Below are positions 54,650 to 61,972 of a stretch of 61,972 nucleotides of DNA, piece by piece. How positions within the stretch are numbered: position 1 is the first letter of the stretch; each line of letters opens with the position of its first letter. Location: IMG/VR virus record IMGVR_UViG_3300033571_024374, positions 62,001-123,972 of that record. One strand, 5' to 3'. The notes below the pieces were generated by a model that saw only the letters and a program-made list of their open reading frames with translations, had not been told where the DNA came from and did no database searches. The position numbers and the translations under genes were made by a program. Origin of the DNA: an uncultured virus (IMG/VR IMGVR_UViG_3300033571_024374). Lineage: Duplodnaviria; Heunggongvirae; Uroviricota; Caudoviricetes.

Positions 54650-56320
54650 TTATATACATTTTTCTACTGTCAAATTAGAAAAATTATCTTTCAATGATGT
54701 AGTGATAGTCCAATCAAACAACTCCAAAGGTAATGGAGCATGGTTAATAACCATAATATTCATGTTATTATCTTTAGCGACCCTTCTTAAAATTTCAACA
54801 ATCCTTGAAACATTATTTGGATCTAGAGAACTAAAAATCTCATCCAAAAACAATATATTTAAAGATGGAAATTTGAGTTTAAGCATTTTTATAATAGCAA
54901 TCAATACAGCAAAATCGAGCATCTTCAATTGACCTGTAGATAACTCTTCTATTGAAATTTCATATGAAAGCTGTGTAAGCTTCGCCTCAAATTGACCATC
55001 AAACTGAACTTTAAATGGTAACTCTAATTCGGATAAAATAGAATTAATCTGATTATTCATAGGTTTAACAATATGTTCCATAACAGATTTTTTCAATCCA
55101 TTATCACCTAGAATTTCTTCAACAATTCTATTTATACCTTCCTTTTTCATTAACTCCTTTCTCTGAACTTGAATCTCCTCTAGTTTTTCCATATTTTGTT
55201 CAATGATTCTACGGATACCATCGGTCTGCTGATTACTCTTTTTAGACTCTGTATCTTTGATCATTGATTGGATACTTCTAGATTTTGAATCAATATCAAA
55301 CAGGCGAGACTCACATTCCTTTAGAGCCATCTTTGCTTTAGACATTCTTTCATCTAACTCTTTCGATTTCTCTTGTAGTTCTGTGAGTTTTAACTTATAT
55401 GATTCTTCTTCAGTTAAAATTTCTTGAAATTTATGCTTATGTTCATCACTATCCAGAGGTGAACCGCATGTTGGACATTTTGAAGATTCATATAACCTTT
55501 TTTGTTTTGAAATAACTTCAAGGTTTGAATTAATTGATTGCTTACTCTTATAGATCTTCCTTTCTGCTTCTTCTAACTTTTCCTTCGCTTCGGACGCTTT
55601 TACCTTTTTTTCTTGAATACCATCTTTTCTAGAAATCAGGTCTTCATAGTTCTGTCTTAAAGCATTTATCTTTTCAGTATTATCTTCTTCAACTTTGCTT
55701 TCAACAACAAGCAACTCTTGCTCGGCTTTTTTAATATTATCTTCTACAAATCTAATATTGTCTTCATATCTTGATAAAAGATTTTTAGTTTCATTTATCT
55801 CTTGCTTAATAACCTTAATCATTTTATTAATGGATTCAAGGCCAAATATACGGTCAACAATTTCCTTTTTATCACTAGGTGTCATTTTCAAAAATGATTT
55901 AAAATCATTTATAGAAAGACTAATAGAATTGTTAAATATATTTTGAGGAATACCTATAAGGTTATCCTCAAGATACTCTTGAACATTCTTTACACCCGCT
56001 TCTTTATATTCAACTCCAGCTATTTTAAGAGTTAAACTATTTGGTAAGAATGTTCTGTTTATATCTATAGTACCTAAACGAGATTCAAAGGTAATATTTA
56101 CTTCACCAGATTTATTTATTCGGTTAACACATTTAGCAATAGTTTTACCTGCAACCTTTCCATATAGACCAAGTTTTAAAACCTGACTTATAGTTGATTT
56201 ACCAGTTCCATTTTCTCCAAAAATTTGATATAAACCTGGATTCGAAGGATCAAACTTAATAGTTTGCCATCTATTTCCATATGAGTTTATATTTCTGAAT
56301 TTTACTTCTGTTAATTGCAT
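54650..56320 (-). CDS. Recombination exonuclease ATPase subunit (T4 gp46 / SbcC / Rad50)
   Basis: Walker A GENGTGKS, zinc hook CPTCG, signature LSTGQ, Walker B LFLDEIFSSLD. Confidence 0.95.
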   Translation of the reverse strand: MQLTEVKFRNINSYGNRWQTIKFDPSNPGLYQIFGENGTGKSTISQVLKLGLYGKVAGKTIAKCVNRINKSGEVNITFESRLGTIDINRTFLPNSLTLKIAGVEYKEAGVKNVQEYLEDNLIGIPQNIFNNSISLSINDFKSFLKMTPSDKKEIVDRIFGLESINKMIKVIKQEINETKNLLSRYEDNIRFVEDNIKKAEQELLVVESKVEEDNTEKINALRQNYEDLISRKDGIQEKKVKASEAKEKLEEAERKIYKSKQSINSNLEVISKQKRLYESSKCPTCGSPLDSDEHKHKFQEILTEEESYKLKLTELQEKSKELDERMSKAKMALKECESRLFDIDSKSRSIQSMIKDTESKKSNQQTDGIRRIIEQNMEKLEEIQVQRKELMKKEGINRIVEEILGDNGLKKSVMEHIVKPMNNQINSILSELELPFKVQFDGQFEAKLTQLSYEISIEELSTGQLKMLDFAVLIAIIKMLKLKFPSLNILFLDEIFSSLDPNNVSRIVEILRRVAKDNNMNIMVINHAPLPLELFDWTITTSLKDNFSNLTVEKCI

Positions 56321-56328
56321 AATAATTT

Positions 56329-58221
56329 TTAGAAAAGTGTAACCTTTTTAAAATCAAATCCTAATCCAAATTCAGCTTGATGCCCAAGTATAAATCCAGG
56401 TTGTGAATTTTGTGCAAATTCAGTAATAGAATATGTGTCAGCAGAACAAACCGATGGTAATGTTATATTAAGGAAATTAGTACCTTCTTTACATTCCAAA
56501 TGATGAAAATGACCTTTGATAACTAAATGATAATAACGTTTTCCATCACCAAATAAATTGACAAGCTCATCACCTTTCTTTTTAGCTAAATTCGCATCAC
56601 CGTGATGTGAGATTATACATATATTTTCACGATTCTGATTAATAATACCATCTTTCGCAAGTATAACATTAATCTTGTCTGCCCATTCTCTTTGTAAAAA
56701 TCTATAAACGATTTTAGCAGCAGTTCTGTTTTTATCATCATGCCTTTGTGATCCAATTCTATCATGATTCCCTTCAAGACCTAACAATTCTATTGACTTA
56801 AAATTGGTATTCTCAATGATAGTAGAAAATAAAATATGAAATAAATCCAATGCATAAAATATTTGATCATCTTGGAACATATCCATCTGTCTATGAATAC
56901 CATGATGAAGCCCATCTTCCATTATAGATTCTGTTATATCGCCACCGCAAAGAATGGTCAGATGTTCATATTTACTTGATTCTCTACAAATGTGAAAAGC
57001 CATTTGTTCAAATCTTTCTTTAGCTATTTCTTTATTATAGCCTCTACCATAAATAGGATGTTCATAGCATTTACCGATATGAAGATCACTCATAAAACAG
57101 AATAATCTGGGATATTGCTTACCATCTGTTTCAGATTTTTTTTCAATTGTAGAAAACTTAATAGTTTCTCTTTGTCTTGGTCTATTTTCATCAAAATATT
57201 TATTTAGACAGGTTTCGATCCATTGCTTCTCAGATTGAATTTCCAATAAATTCTTTTGAGAATCTTTAAATCTTTTCTCATAATATTCTGATTTCTTCTC
57301 AACCATCTTTTTCATACCAGCAGATTCTTTCGCTTTCAATGCGAATTCAGCTAATTCTTCTTCGGTATGATTTTCAACTATATGTTGTGGAAATAGTTTA
57401 TCCTTTGTTATATTAAAACAACGGATAATTTTCTTCAATTCTGTAAATGTAAGATATGGAAAGTCTTGGCTAATCGTATTTTGAGTCACGTATGGGTACT
57501 TACGATAAATATCTTCCATTTGATGAAGGGATAAAGAACCCACGAGTGGATAACTATCTCTAACTAAAATGTTGTAATGATATCTAGTAATCTTTCCATT
57601 TTCATCTCGGTCTACCCACCATTTAGAACGATTATCATAATCATCAGATGCATCTTTAATCAAATTTTCATCTAATAATTGATATAATTCTTTAGATTTT
57701 TCTAATGGGTCATACAAACTAGATTGTACATAGTCTGAATCATAATCCGCATTATATGTTCCACCAAGATCAAAAAATGTCTTAGTATAAGTTCTCGCAG
57801 TTCTCTGAGAAAATGGAAAATTAGATTCTATGAACTGGATATATGTGCCATCTGGTAATGTATTTTTAAGCACCAAAAGCAATTCACCAATTCTAGATGT
57901 ATACTTCTTATCTGGATCAGTTTTAGTAAACTGAGAAAGATGTAGAATTTCATTTACAATCTGATTAATTGAATCACCATTTTCAGATTCACGATTCTTA
58001 CTTTTAGATGAAGATTCTGCTAAAAGTGATTTATATGTATTATATTCATCTTCAGAAATTCTACCTTTAATATAAGCAGCTTCTATTTTTGATTGAACAT
58101 CAGTCCACCATTCTTGTGTGTATCCTAAGTTGAATAATGCTTCAACTAATGTCAATTTGTTTGAACGCGAAACTGCCTCAAGCGTTGCTAATATTTGTTT
58201 AAATACGTTTAAGTCTAACAT
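56329..58221 (-). CDS. Calcineurin-like metallophosphoesterase with a long N-terminal extension including a DUF3102-like segment
   Basis: SDLHIG, GGDITE, GNHDR, HHGD, GHFHH; RIGELLLVLKNTLPDGTYIQFIESNFPFSQRTARTY. Confidence 0.75.
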   Translation of the reverse strand: MLDLNVFKQILATLEAVSRSNKLTLVEALFNLGYTQEWWTDVQSKIEAAYIKGRISEDEYNTYKSLLAESSSKSKNRESENGDSINQIVNEILHLSQFTKTDPDKKYTSRIGELLLVLKNTLPDGTYIQFIESNFPFSQRTARTYTKTFFDLGGTYNADYDSDYVQSSLYDPLEKSKELYQLLDENLIKDASDDYDNRSKWWVDRDENGKITRYHYNILVRDSYPLVGSLSLHQMEDIYRKYPYVTQNTISQDFPYLTFTELKKIIRCFNITKDKLFPQHIVENHTEEELAEFALKAKESAGMKKMVEKKSEYYEKRFKDSQKNLLEIQSEKQWIETCLNKYFDENRPRQRETIKFSTIEKKSETDGKQYPRLFCFMSDLHIGKCYEHPIYGRGYNKEIAKERFEQMAFHICRESSKYEHLTILCGGDITESIMEDGLHHGIHRQMDMFQDDQIFYALDLFHILFSTIIENTNFKSIELLGLEGNHDRIGSQRHDDKNRTAAKIVYRFLQREWADKINVILAKDGIINQNRENICIISHHGDANLAKKKGDELVNLFGDGKRYYHLVIKGHFHHLECKEGTNFLNITLPSVCSADTYSITEFAQNSQPGFILGHQAEFGLGFDFKKVTLF

Positions 58222-58240
58222 ACCTTGATTCTCTTAATGA

Positions 58241-59359
58241 TTAATCTTCCTCTTTTATTGCATCAAACAATAAAGTTATTTTATTTTCAACTTTATTCTT
58301 TGTCTCTTCGTCATATTCCAAATTTTTAATTAGTTCTTTGGATAATGATATTATATCAAACTTTGGGGATGCTTCATTTTCAAAGTCAAACTCAAAATCA
58401 CTTTCAAAATTAAGCAGTTCATCTTCCTCAATTTGAACTATCTCTATACTTCTTTGAGTATTTAGTGATTGAACAAATCCTGGAATGTCTAATTCTTCAA
58501 GCCATTTTCGAGTTACTTTCAAATCTACAAATTTATTTTTAAATATTGCAGAAATATGTTCTCTACTTAATTCTAGCAAAGAATCGAAATTTGTAGTAAT
58601 ATATTCTGGCGAATAATCATTTTCTACAAATTGTTCTTCAAAACTTTCCAGATCTAACAAGTATATTCCCTTTTTATTACCTATATCTGATCTAGTCATA
58701 TGATATGGGCATCCTATAAGGGTAATAAAATTACTCACCTTTTGTCTGTAGTGTATGTGTCCTCCATAAACTTTTTTATGTTTTCTATAGGTTTCTGGGT
58801 TATTACCATGTTCAATAGTTACCTTACCATTAAATCTAGCATCTTTTATATCAGTATGAACAAATAAAACATCAGATGAATTAGATTCTAAAAATTCCTT
58901 TTCTTCTTCTGAATTCATACCCCAAGGCATAAGTAATAGATTTCTATTTTCGGTTTTTATTGTTTCGGGACTGTTATAAACATAAACATTTTCTAAAGCA
59001 GAGATACAAGAAAGTGAATGAACTTGAGCAGAGTCTTTAGTCCAGCAGTCATGATTACCTGTAATGACAAAAACTCCTGTATCTGAAAAGATTTGTCCTA
59101 AATCTCTAAAGATTTCAATACAAGAGTTCATTACTAGAATATTTAACGATTGCCTTGAATCAAATATATCACCAAGAATAAAACAAGCATCACCTTCTCG
59201 TTTATTCTCTTTTACGAAAGGAATAAAAAAATTATAAAAATAGTCAGTTTGTATCTTTAACCATTCTGGATTATTAGATTTTATACCGAAGTGTAAATCT
59301 GATATTAAAAAAAGACGTTTAATATTTTTTTGATTAGAAACAGGCATAAACCTTACCAA
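58241..59359 (-). CDS. Recombination exonuclease nuclease subunit (T4 gp47 / SbcD / Mre11)
   Basis: ISDLHFG, LGDIFDSR, ITGNHD, LLMPW, GGHIH, IGCPY. Confidence 0.93.
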   Translation of the reverse strand: MVRFMPVSNQKNIKRLFLISDLHFGIKSNNPEWLKIQTDYFYNFFIPFVKENKREGDACFILGDIFDSRQSLNILVMNSCIEIFRDLGQIFSDTGVFVITGNHDCWTKDSAQVHSLSCISALENVYVYNSPETIKTENRNLLLMPWGMNSEEEKEFLESNSSDVLFVHTDIKDARFNGKVTIEHGNNPETYRKHKKVYGGHIHYRQKVSNFITLIGCPYHMTRSDIGNKKGIYLLDLESFEEQFVENDYSPEYITTNFDSLLELSREHISAIFKNKFVDLKVTRKWLEELDIPGFVQSLNTQRSIEIVQIEEDELLNFESDFEFDFENEASPKFDIISLSKELIKNLEYDEETKNKVENKITLLFDAIKEED

Positions 59360-59365
59360 AGAGGA

Positions 59366-59743
59366 TTAACGAATGGCTACATTAGTTACAAAATCAACAC
59401 AACACCTATAGACTGATTCTAATCTAGATCCCCCATCAAACTGACAGAGAATATTTGGTTCTATAAGATTATTTTCCTTTGGATGAAGTTCAGCTATAAA
59501 ACAATGTGTGCCTTTTATAACTATTTGAACTTTATCGATTTTTTCAATTTCATCTAGAACCAACATAAGTTGATTCCAATCTCTTTCTGGTGACCAAGTT
59601 TCTGTCATAGGGACACCTTCAAATGCCAAATAACATACTCCTGATACTTCTCTCGTAGGTAAATTAGTAAATTTAGCTAACCTATAATTTGAACGTTCTG
59701 CTACATAATCAATAGGTTTTAAATAAATATCATCTTTGTACAT
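59366..59743 (-). CDS. Hypothetical protein (phage ABA-sandwich-like motif)
   Basis: WSPERDWNQLMLVLDEIE..ESVYRCCVDF. Confidence 0.5.
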   Translation of the reverse strand: MYKDDIYLKPIDYVAERSNYRLAKFTNLPTREVSGVCYLAFEGVPMTETWSPERDWNQLMLVLDEIEKIDKVQIVIKGTHCFIAELHPKENNLIEPNILCQFDGGSRLESVYRCCVDFVTNVAIR

Positions 59744-59754
59744 AAATTTATTCT

Positions 59755-59964
59755 TTATTTAAAATTATATTCTGAAAGTATATTTTTTAAATTGTTTGGA
59801 AATTCTTCAAAAGATATTATAGTATAATTATTTGCATCTAAATCATTATCATAAATCCATTGATCTATATCTTCACGAGATTCAAATACTTTGTTTTTAT
59901 CCGATTCTTTAAGAATCTGTATATCATAAATATTACAATTTGTTTGTAAAACTATGAATTGCAT
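59755..59964 (-). CDS. Small hypothetical protein
   Basis: 69-aa ORF. Confidence 0.6.
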   Translation of the reverse strand: MQFIVLQTNCNIYDIQILKESDKNKVFESREDIDQWIYDNDLDANNYTIISFEEFPNNLKNILSEYNFK

Positions 59965-59996
59965 AAGAATAATTATGTTAATATAATAGTTTTTTA

Positions 59997-60518
59997 CTAA
60001 TTATCCAAATTTTTATTATCATTTTCATCATCTAAATCATCCTTTCCCCCATGTCCATCTAATTTATCTTCACCTGATTCTTCTATAAGATCATCAATAT
60101 AGTCATCTTCTTCCAATTCGTAATCCATATCATCTATTTGAGCAGTCGTATAAATCCCCTTATCTATACATTCCCTTGTAAAATCGTATTCAATTTGAGC
60201 TTCTGTGGGCTGATGCCAGCTAGTATTCGTAATGATTGCCATAGCTGCACTTATAGGTACTTCTAAGTTTACATTCTCAAAATTACTCATTGTTGATATT
60301 TTTTCAAATAAATCTACTAAAAAATTTTCAGCTGAAGATTTTAATGTGGCTGAATATTTTGTTTTCAAAATAACATCTCTATCTTTTAAAGATAAGTCTT
60401 TATCTGATAACAAATTAGGTGTTTTTAGTTTTTTAATGTTTCCATCTAATTTTAAATTATTCTTAATTTTTGAATCAGAACCTTCTTTTTTTTCGTTATT
60501 TCCTTTATTCTCTTTCAT
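59997..60518 (-). CDS. Hypothetical protein with basic N-terminus and acidic C-terminus
   Basis: 173-aa ORF with late motif upstream. Confidence 0.65.
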   Translation of the reverse strand: MKENKGNNEKKEGSDSKIKNNLKLDGNIKKLKTPNLLSDKDLSLKDRDVILKTKYSATLKSSAENFLVDLFEKISTMSNFENVNLEVPISAAMAIITNTSWHQPTEAQIEYDFTRECIDKGIYTTAQIDDMDYELEEDDYIDDLIEESGEDKLDGHGGKDDLDDENDNKNLDN

Positions 60519-60545
60519 AATAGTCCGATTATATTTGATTATTTG

Positions 60546-60553
60546 TATATATC
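60546..60553 (-). promoter_or_regulatory. Putative late promoter GATATATA (divergent pair, left)
   Basis: 28 nt upstream of start 60518. Confidence 0.7.
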
Positions 60554-60606
60554 AATTTACCATAAATTACTCAAAATGAACTTTTAAAAAAATGATATTA
60601 TTTTAC

Positions 60607-60614
60607 GATATATA
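60607..60614 (+). promoter_or_regulatory. Putative late promoter GATATATA (divergent pair, right)
   Basis: About 20 nt upstream of start 60635. Confidence 0.7.
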
Positions 60615-60634
60615 AGAAAAAACAAGGATTTACG

Positions 60635-60883
60635 ATGGCCAACAGAATTGTAAAAACATTTGAAGAATTTATTTCTTTTGAAATCGAAGATTCCGAAGTT
60701 CATATACATATTGAACCAAAAGAAACTGAAGAAATCTCTGAACCTGAAATCACTACAGGTGATGATGTAATTGTTGATATCCCTTTGATGAACTTATCCC
60801 AAGATGATTCAGAAGAAGACATGGATTCCGAAGAAGATGAAACACCAGAAAGTGATACTGATGGTGAAGAAGACGAAGAATAA
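60635..60883 (+). CDS. Very acidic small protein with a capsid-targeting-like N-terminus
   Basis: MANRIVKTFEEFISFE followed by Asp/Glu-rich sequence. Confidence 0.7.
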   Translation: MANRIVKTFEEFISFEIEDSEVHIHIEPKETEEISEPEITTGDDVIVDIPLMNLSQDDSEEDMDSEEDETPESDTDGEEDEE

Positions 60884-60884
60884 T

Positions 60885-60909
60885 AAAAAGCCCTTATATA
60901 AGGGCTTTT
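60885..60909. terminator. Bidirectional terminator between convergent genes
   Basis: AAAAAGCCCTTA-TA-TAAGGGCTTTT. Confidence 0.85.
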
Positions 60910-60912
60910 CTT

Positions 60913-61200
60913 TTATTCAAACGATTCTATAATTTCTTCCTTTGTTCTTAGACCAGTTATTCTATTAACTAGTTCCCCGTTCTTAAATATTAGCATAGTA
61001 GGTACACTTCGTATACCATATTCAATAGCTAACCCTTGATTAGAATCAACATCAACTTTAACCACTTTAATAGGAGTAGTGGATGATATTTCGTCTAATA
61101 TTGGATTTAATGCTTTGCAAGGTCCACACCAACTTGCACTAAAATCAACAATTACTCTCTCAAGAGATTTAAAAGATTCGATATTAAAATTATTTTCCAT
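60913..61200 (-). CDS. trxA: Thioredoxin
   Basis: VDFSASWCGPCK, KVDVD, YGIRSVPT. Confidence 0.93.
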   Translation of the reverse strand: MENNFNIESFKSLERVIVDFSASWCGPCKALNPILDEISSTTPIKVVKVDVDSNQGLAIEYGIRSVPTMLIFKNGELVNRITGLRTKEEIIESFE

Positions 61201-61522
61201 AAGTATTGTATGATGTTATTTTTTTAAATAATCTTTTTTCTAATGACTCTATTAAAGAAAAATCCCAGCATTCATTTAGATATTCATCCATTTCTGAGGT
61301 GTAATTAAACCATTCACCTCTTATATGAAAGTTTGTAAACCTTTCATGTAATTTCTTTTCAGTTTTTCTATCCCCCCAAACTGCTCCGAGTATCTTAAGA
61401 TCATGAGGAGTACCAACTTGTAAATTTTCTAGTCTACGCTTTAAACCTTTAAGTGTGGTATATCCTATTTTAACAGCATTGGAATTTGTGTCTAAAATGA
61501 AGTATATTATATCTTCATTCAT
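61190..61522 (-). CDS. T5orf172/MUG113-type GIY-YIG domain protein
   Basis: IYFI..VKIGYT..RRLENLQVGTP..EKKLHERF..IRGEWF. Confidence 0.85.
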   Translation of the reverse strand: MNEDIIYFILDTNSNAVKIGYTTLKGLKRRLENLQVGTPHDLKILGAVWGDRKTEKKLHERFTNFHIRGEWFNYTSEMDEYLNECWDFSLIESLEKRLFKKITSYNTYGK

Positions 61523-61563
61523 TTTTATAGATTTATTTTCAAACCTATATATTCACATAAGTT

Positions 61564-61972
61564 TTAAATTGTGATTTTCTTTTCCCAAACCATAAAATTT
61601 ACATCAAATCTTCTTGGGTATGGATGTTCAGCAACAAGATTGAATTTTTTTGAAATCATATCATTAATATTTATACCATCATCTTCCCAATAAATAAGAC
61701 CTGCGTTTTTATCATCTATCCCAACTGGAATAAATCTCTTATTTTCATTAACAGTAATAAATTTACCATCATTCTTTAATGAATCGTATATAAAATCAAT
61801 ATCTTCTTCTGGGGTCGGACTATGTTGCAAAACATAAATTGATATAATTGTATCGAATTTTTGGAAAAAATTTACCTTTTCATCTTCTGTTAAAGGTGTT
61901 GAAACTGGTATAAACTTTTTACTTGCAACGAATTGAGTTGCTGCTTGGAGCATAGGCAAACTAAAATCAAAA
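61564..61972 (-). CDS. C-terminal part of a class I SAM methyltransferase, truncated by the window end
   Basis: Frame stays open to the edge (FDFSLPML); FDTIISIYVLQH..LKNDGKF. Confidence 0.65.
   Translation of the reverse strand, partial: FDFSLPMLQAATQFVASKKFIPVSTPLTEDEKVNFFQKFDTIISIYVLQHSPTPEEDIDFIYDSLKNDGKFITVNENKRFIPVGIDDKNAGLIYWEDDGININDMISKKFNLVAEHPYPRRFDVNFMVWEKKITI

Noticed and set aside
9125..60579. Short antisense ORFs inside long genes (e.g. 9125, 11009, 45997, 47533, 51586, 60232)
   Set aside because: Fully nested opposite well-supported genes, with Phe/Ser/Leu-rich translations typical of antisense shadows
61190..61522. GIY-YIG gene as an intron-borne homing endonuclease
   Set aside because: Short stand-alone T5orf172-type domain; neighbouring genes are not interrupted
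1..61972. Stop-codon reassignment as in Lak megaphages
   Set aside because: Core genes are full length in the standard code, coding density is high, and TAG and TGA end genes at plausible boundaries
1..61972. tRNA, rRNA or large ncRNA genes
   Set aside because: Intergenic gaps are short and AT-rich and are explained by promoters and terminators; no cloverleaf motifs noticed, though a covariance-model scan was not run

Overview
AT-rich, gene-dense 62-kb segment of a T4-like (myovirus) jumbo/huge bacteriophage genome, read with the standard genetic code and mostly on the minus strand. Recognisable core genes: portal (gp20-like), gp2-like DNA end protector, gp4-like head-completion nuclease, baseplate/tail genes (gp53-, gp26-, gp51-, gp15-like), gp55-like late sigma factor, gp46/gp47 (Rad50/Mre11), RuvC-like resolvase and an SF1 helicase. 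Accessory genes include IF-3, Hsp20, thioredoxin, a RimK-RimB fusion, glycosyltransferases, methyltransferases and a collagen-like fibre. A full TTTG-N19-TAnnTTTG promoter, DUF2795-/DUF6576-like segments and scarce Shine-Dalgarno sites suggest a Bacteroidota host. Two window-wide signals are not shown by the ORF track. (1) An oriented GATATATA element lies about 20-50 nt upstream of about 20 genes and is probably the late promoter. (2) A recurring peptide tag, [IL]xx[FY]xx[FY]...[LIV]xE, resembles the T4 capsid-targeting sequence plus prohead-protease site and occurs on about 18 unrelated proteins. Tagged genes concentrate in a ~15-kb block downstream of the portal that encodes paralogous peptidoglycan-binding proteins, two M15 peptidases and membrane-segment proteins: a candidate capsid-packaged cell-wall-breaching and effector-injection system. 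All family assignments come from motifs recognised by eye; no database searches were run.
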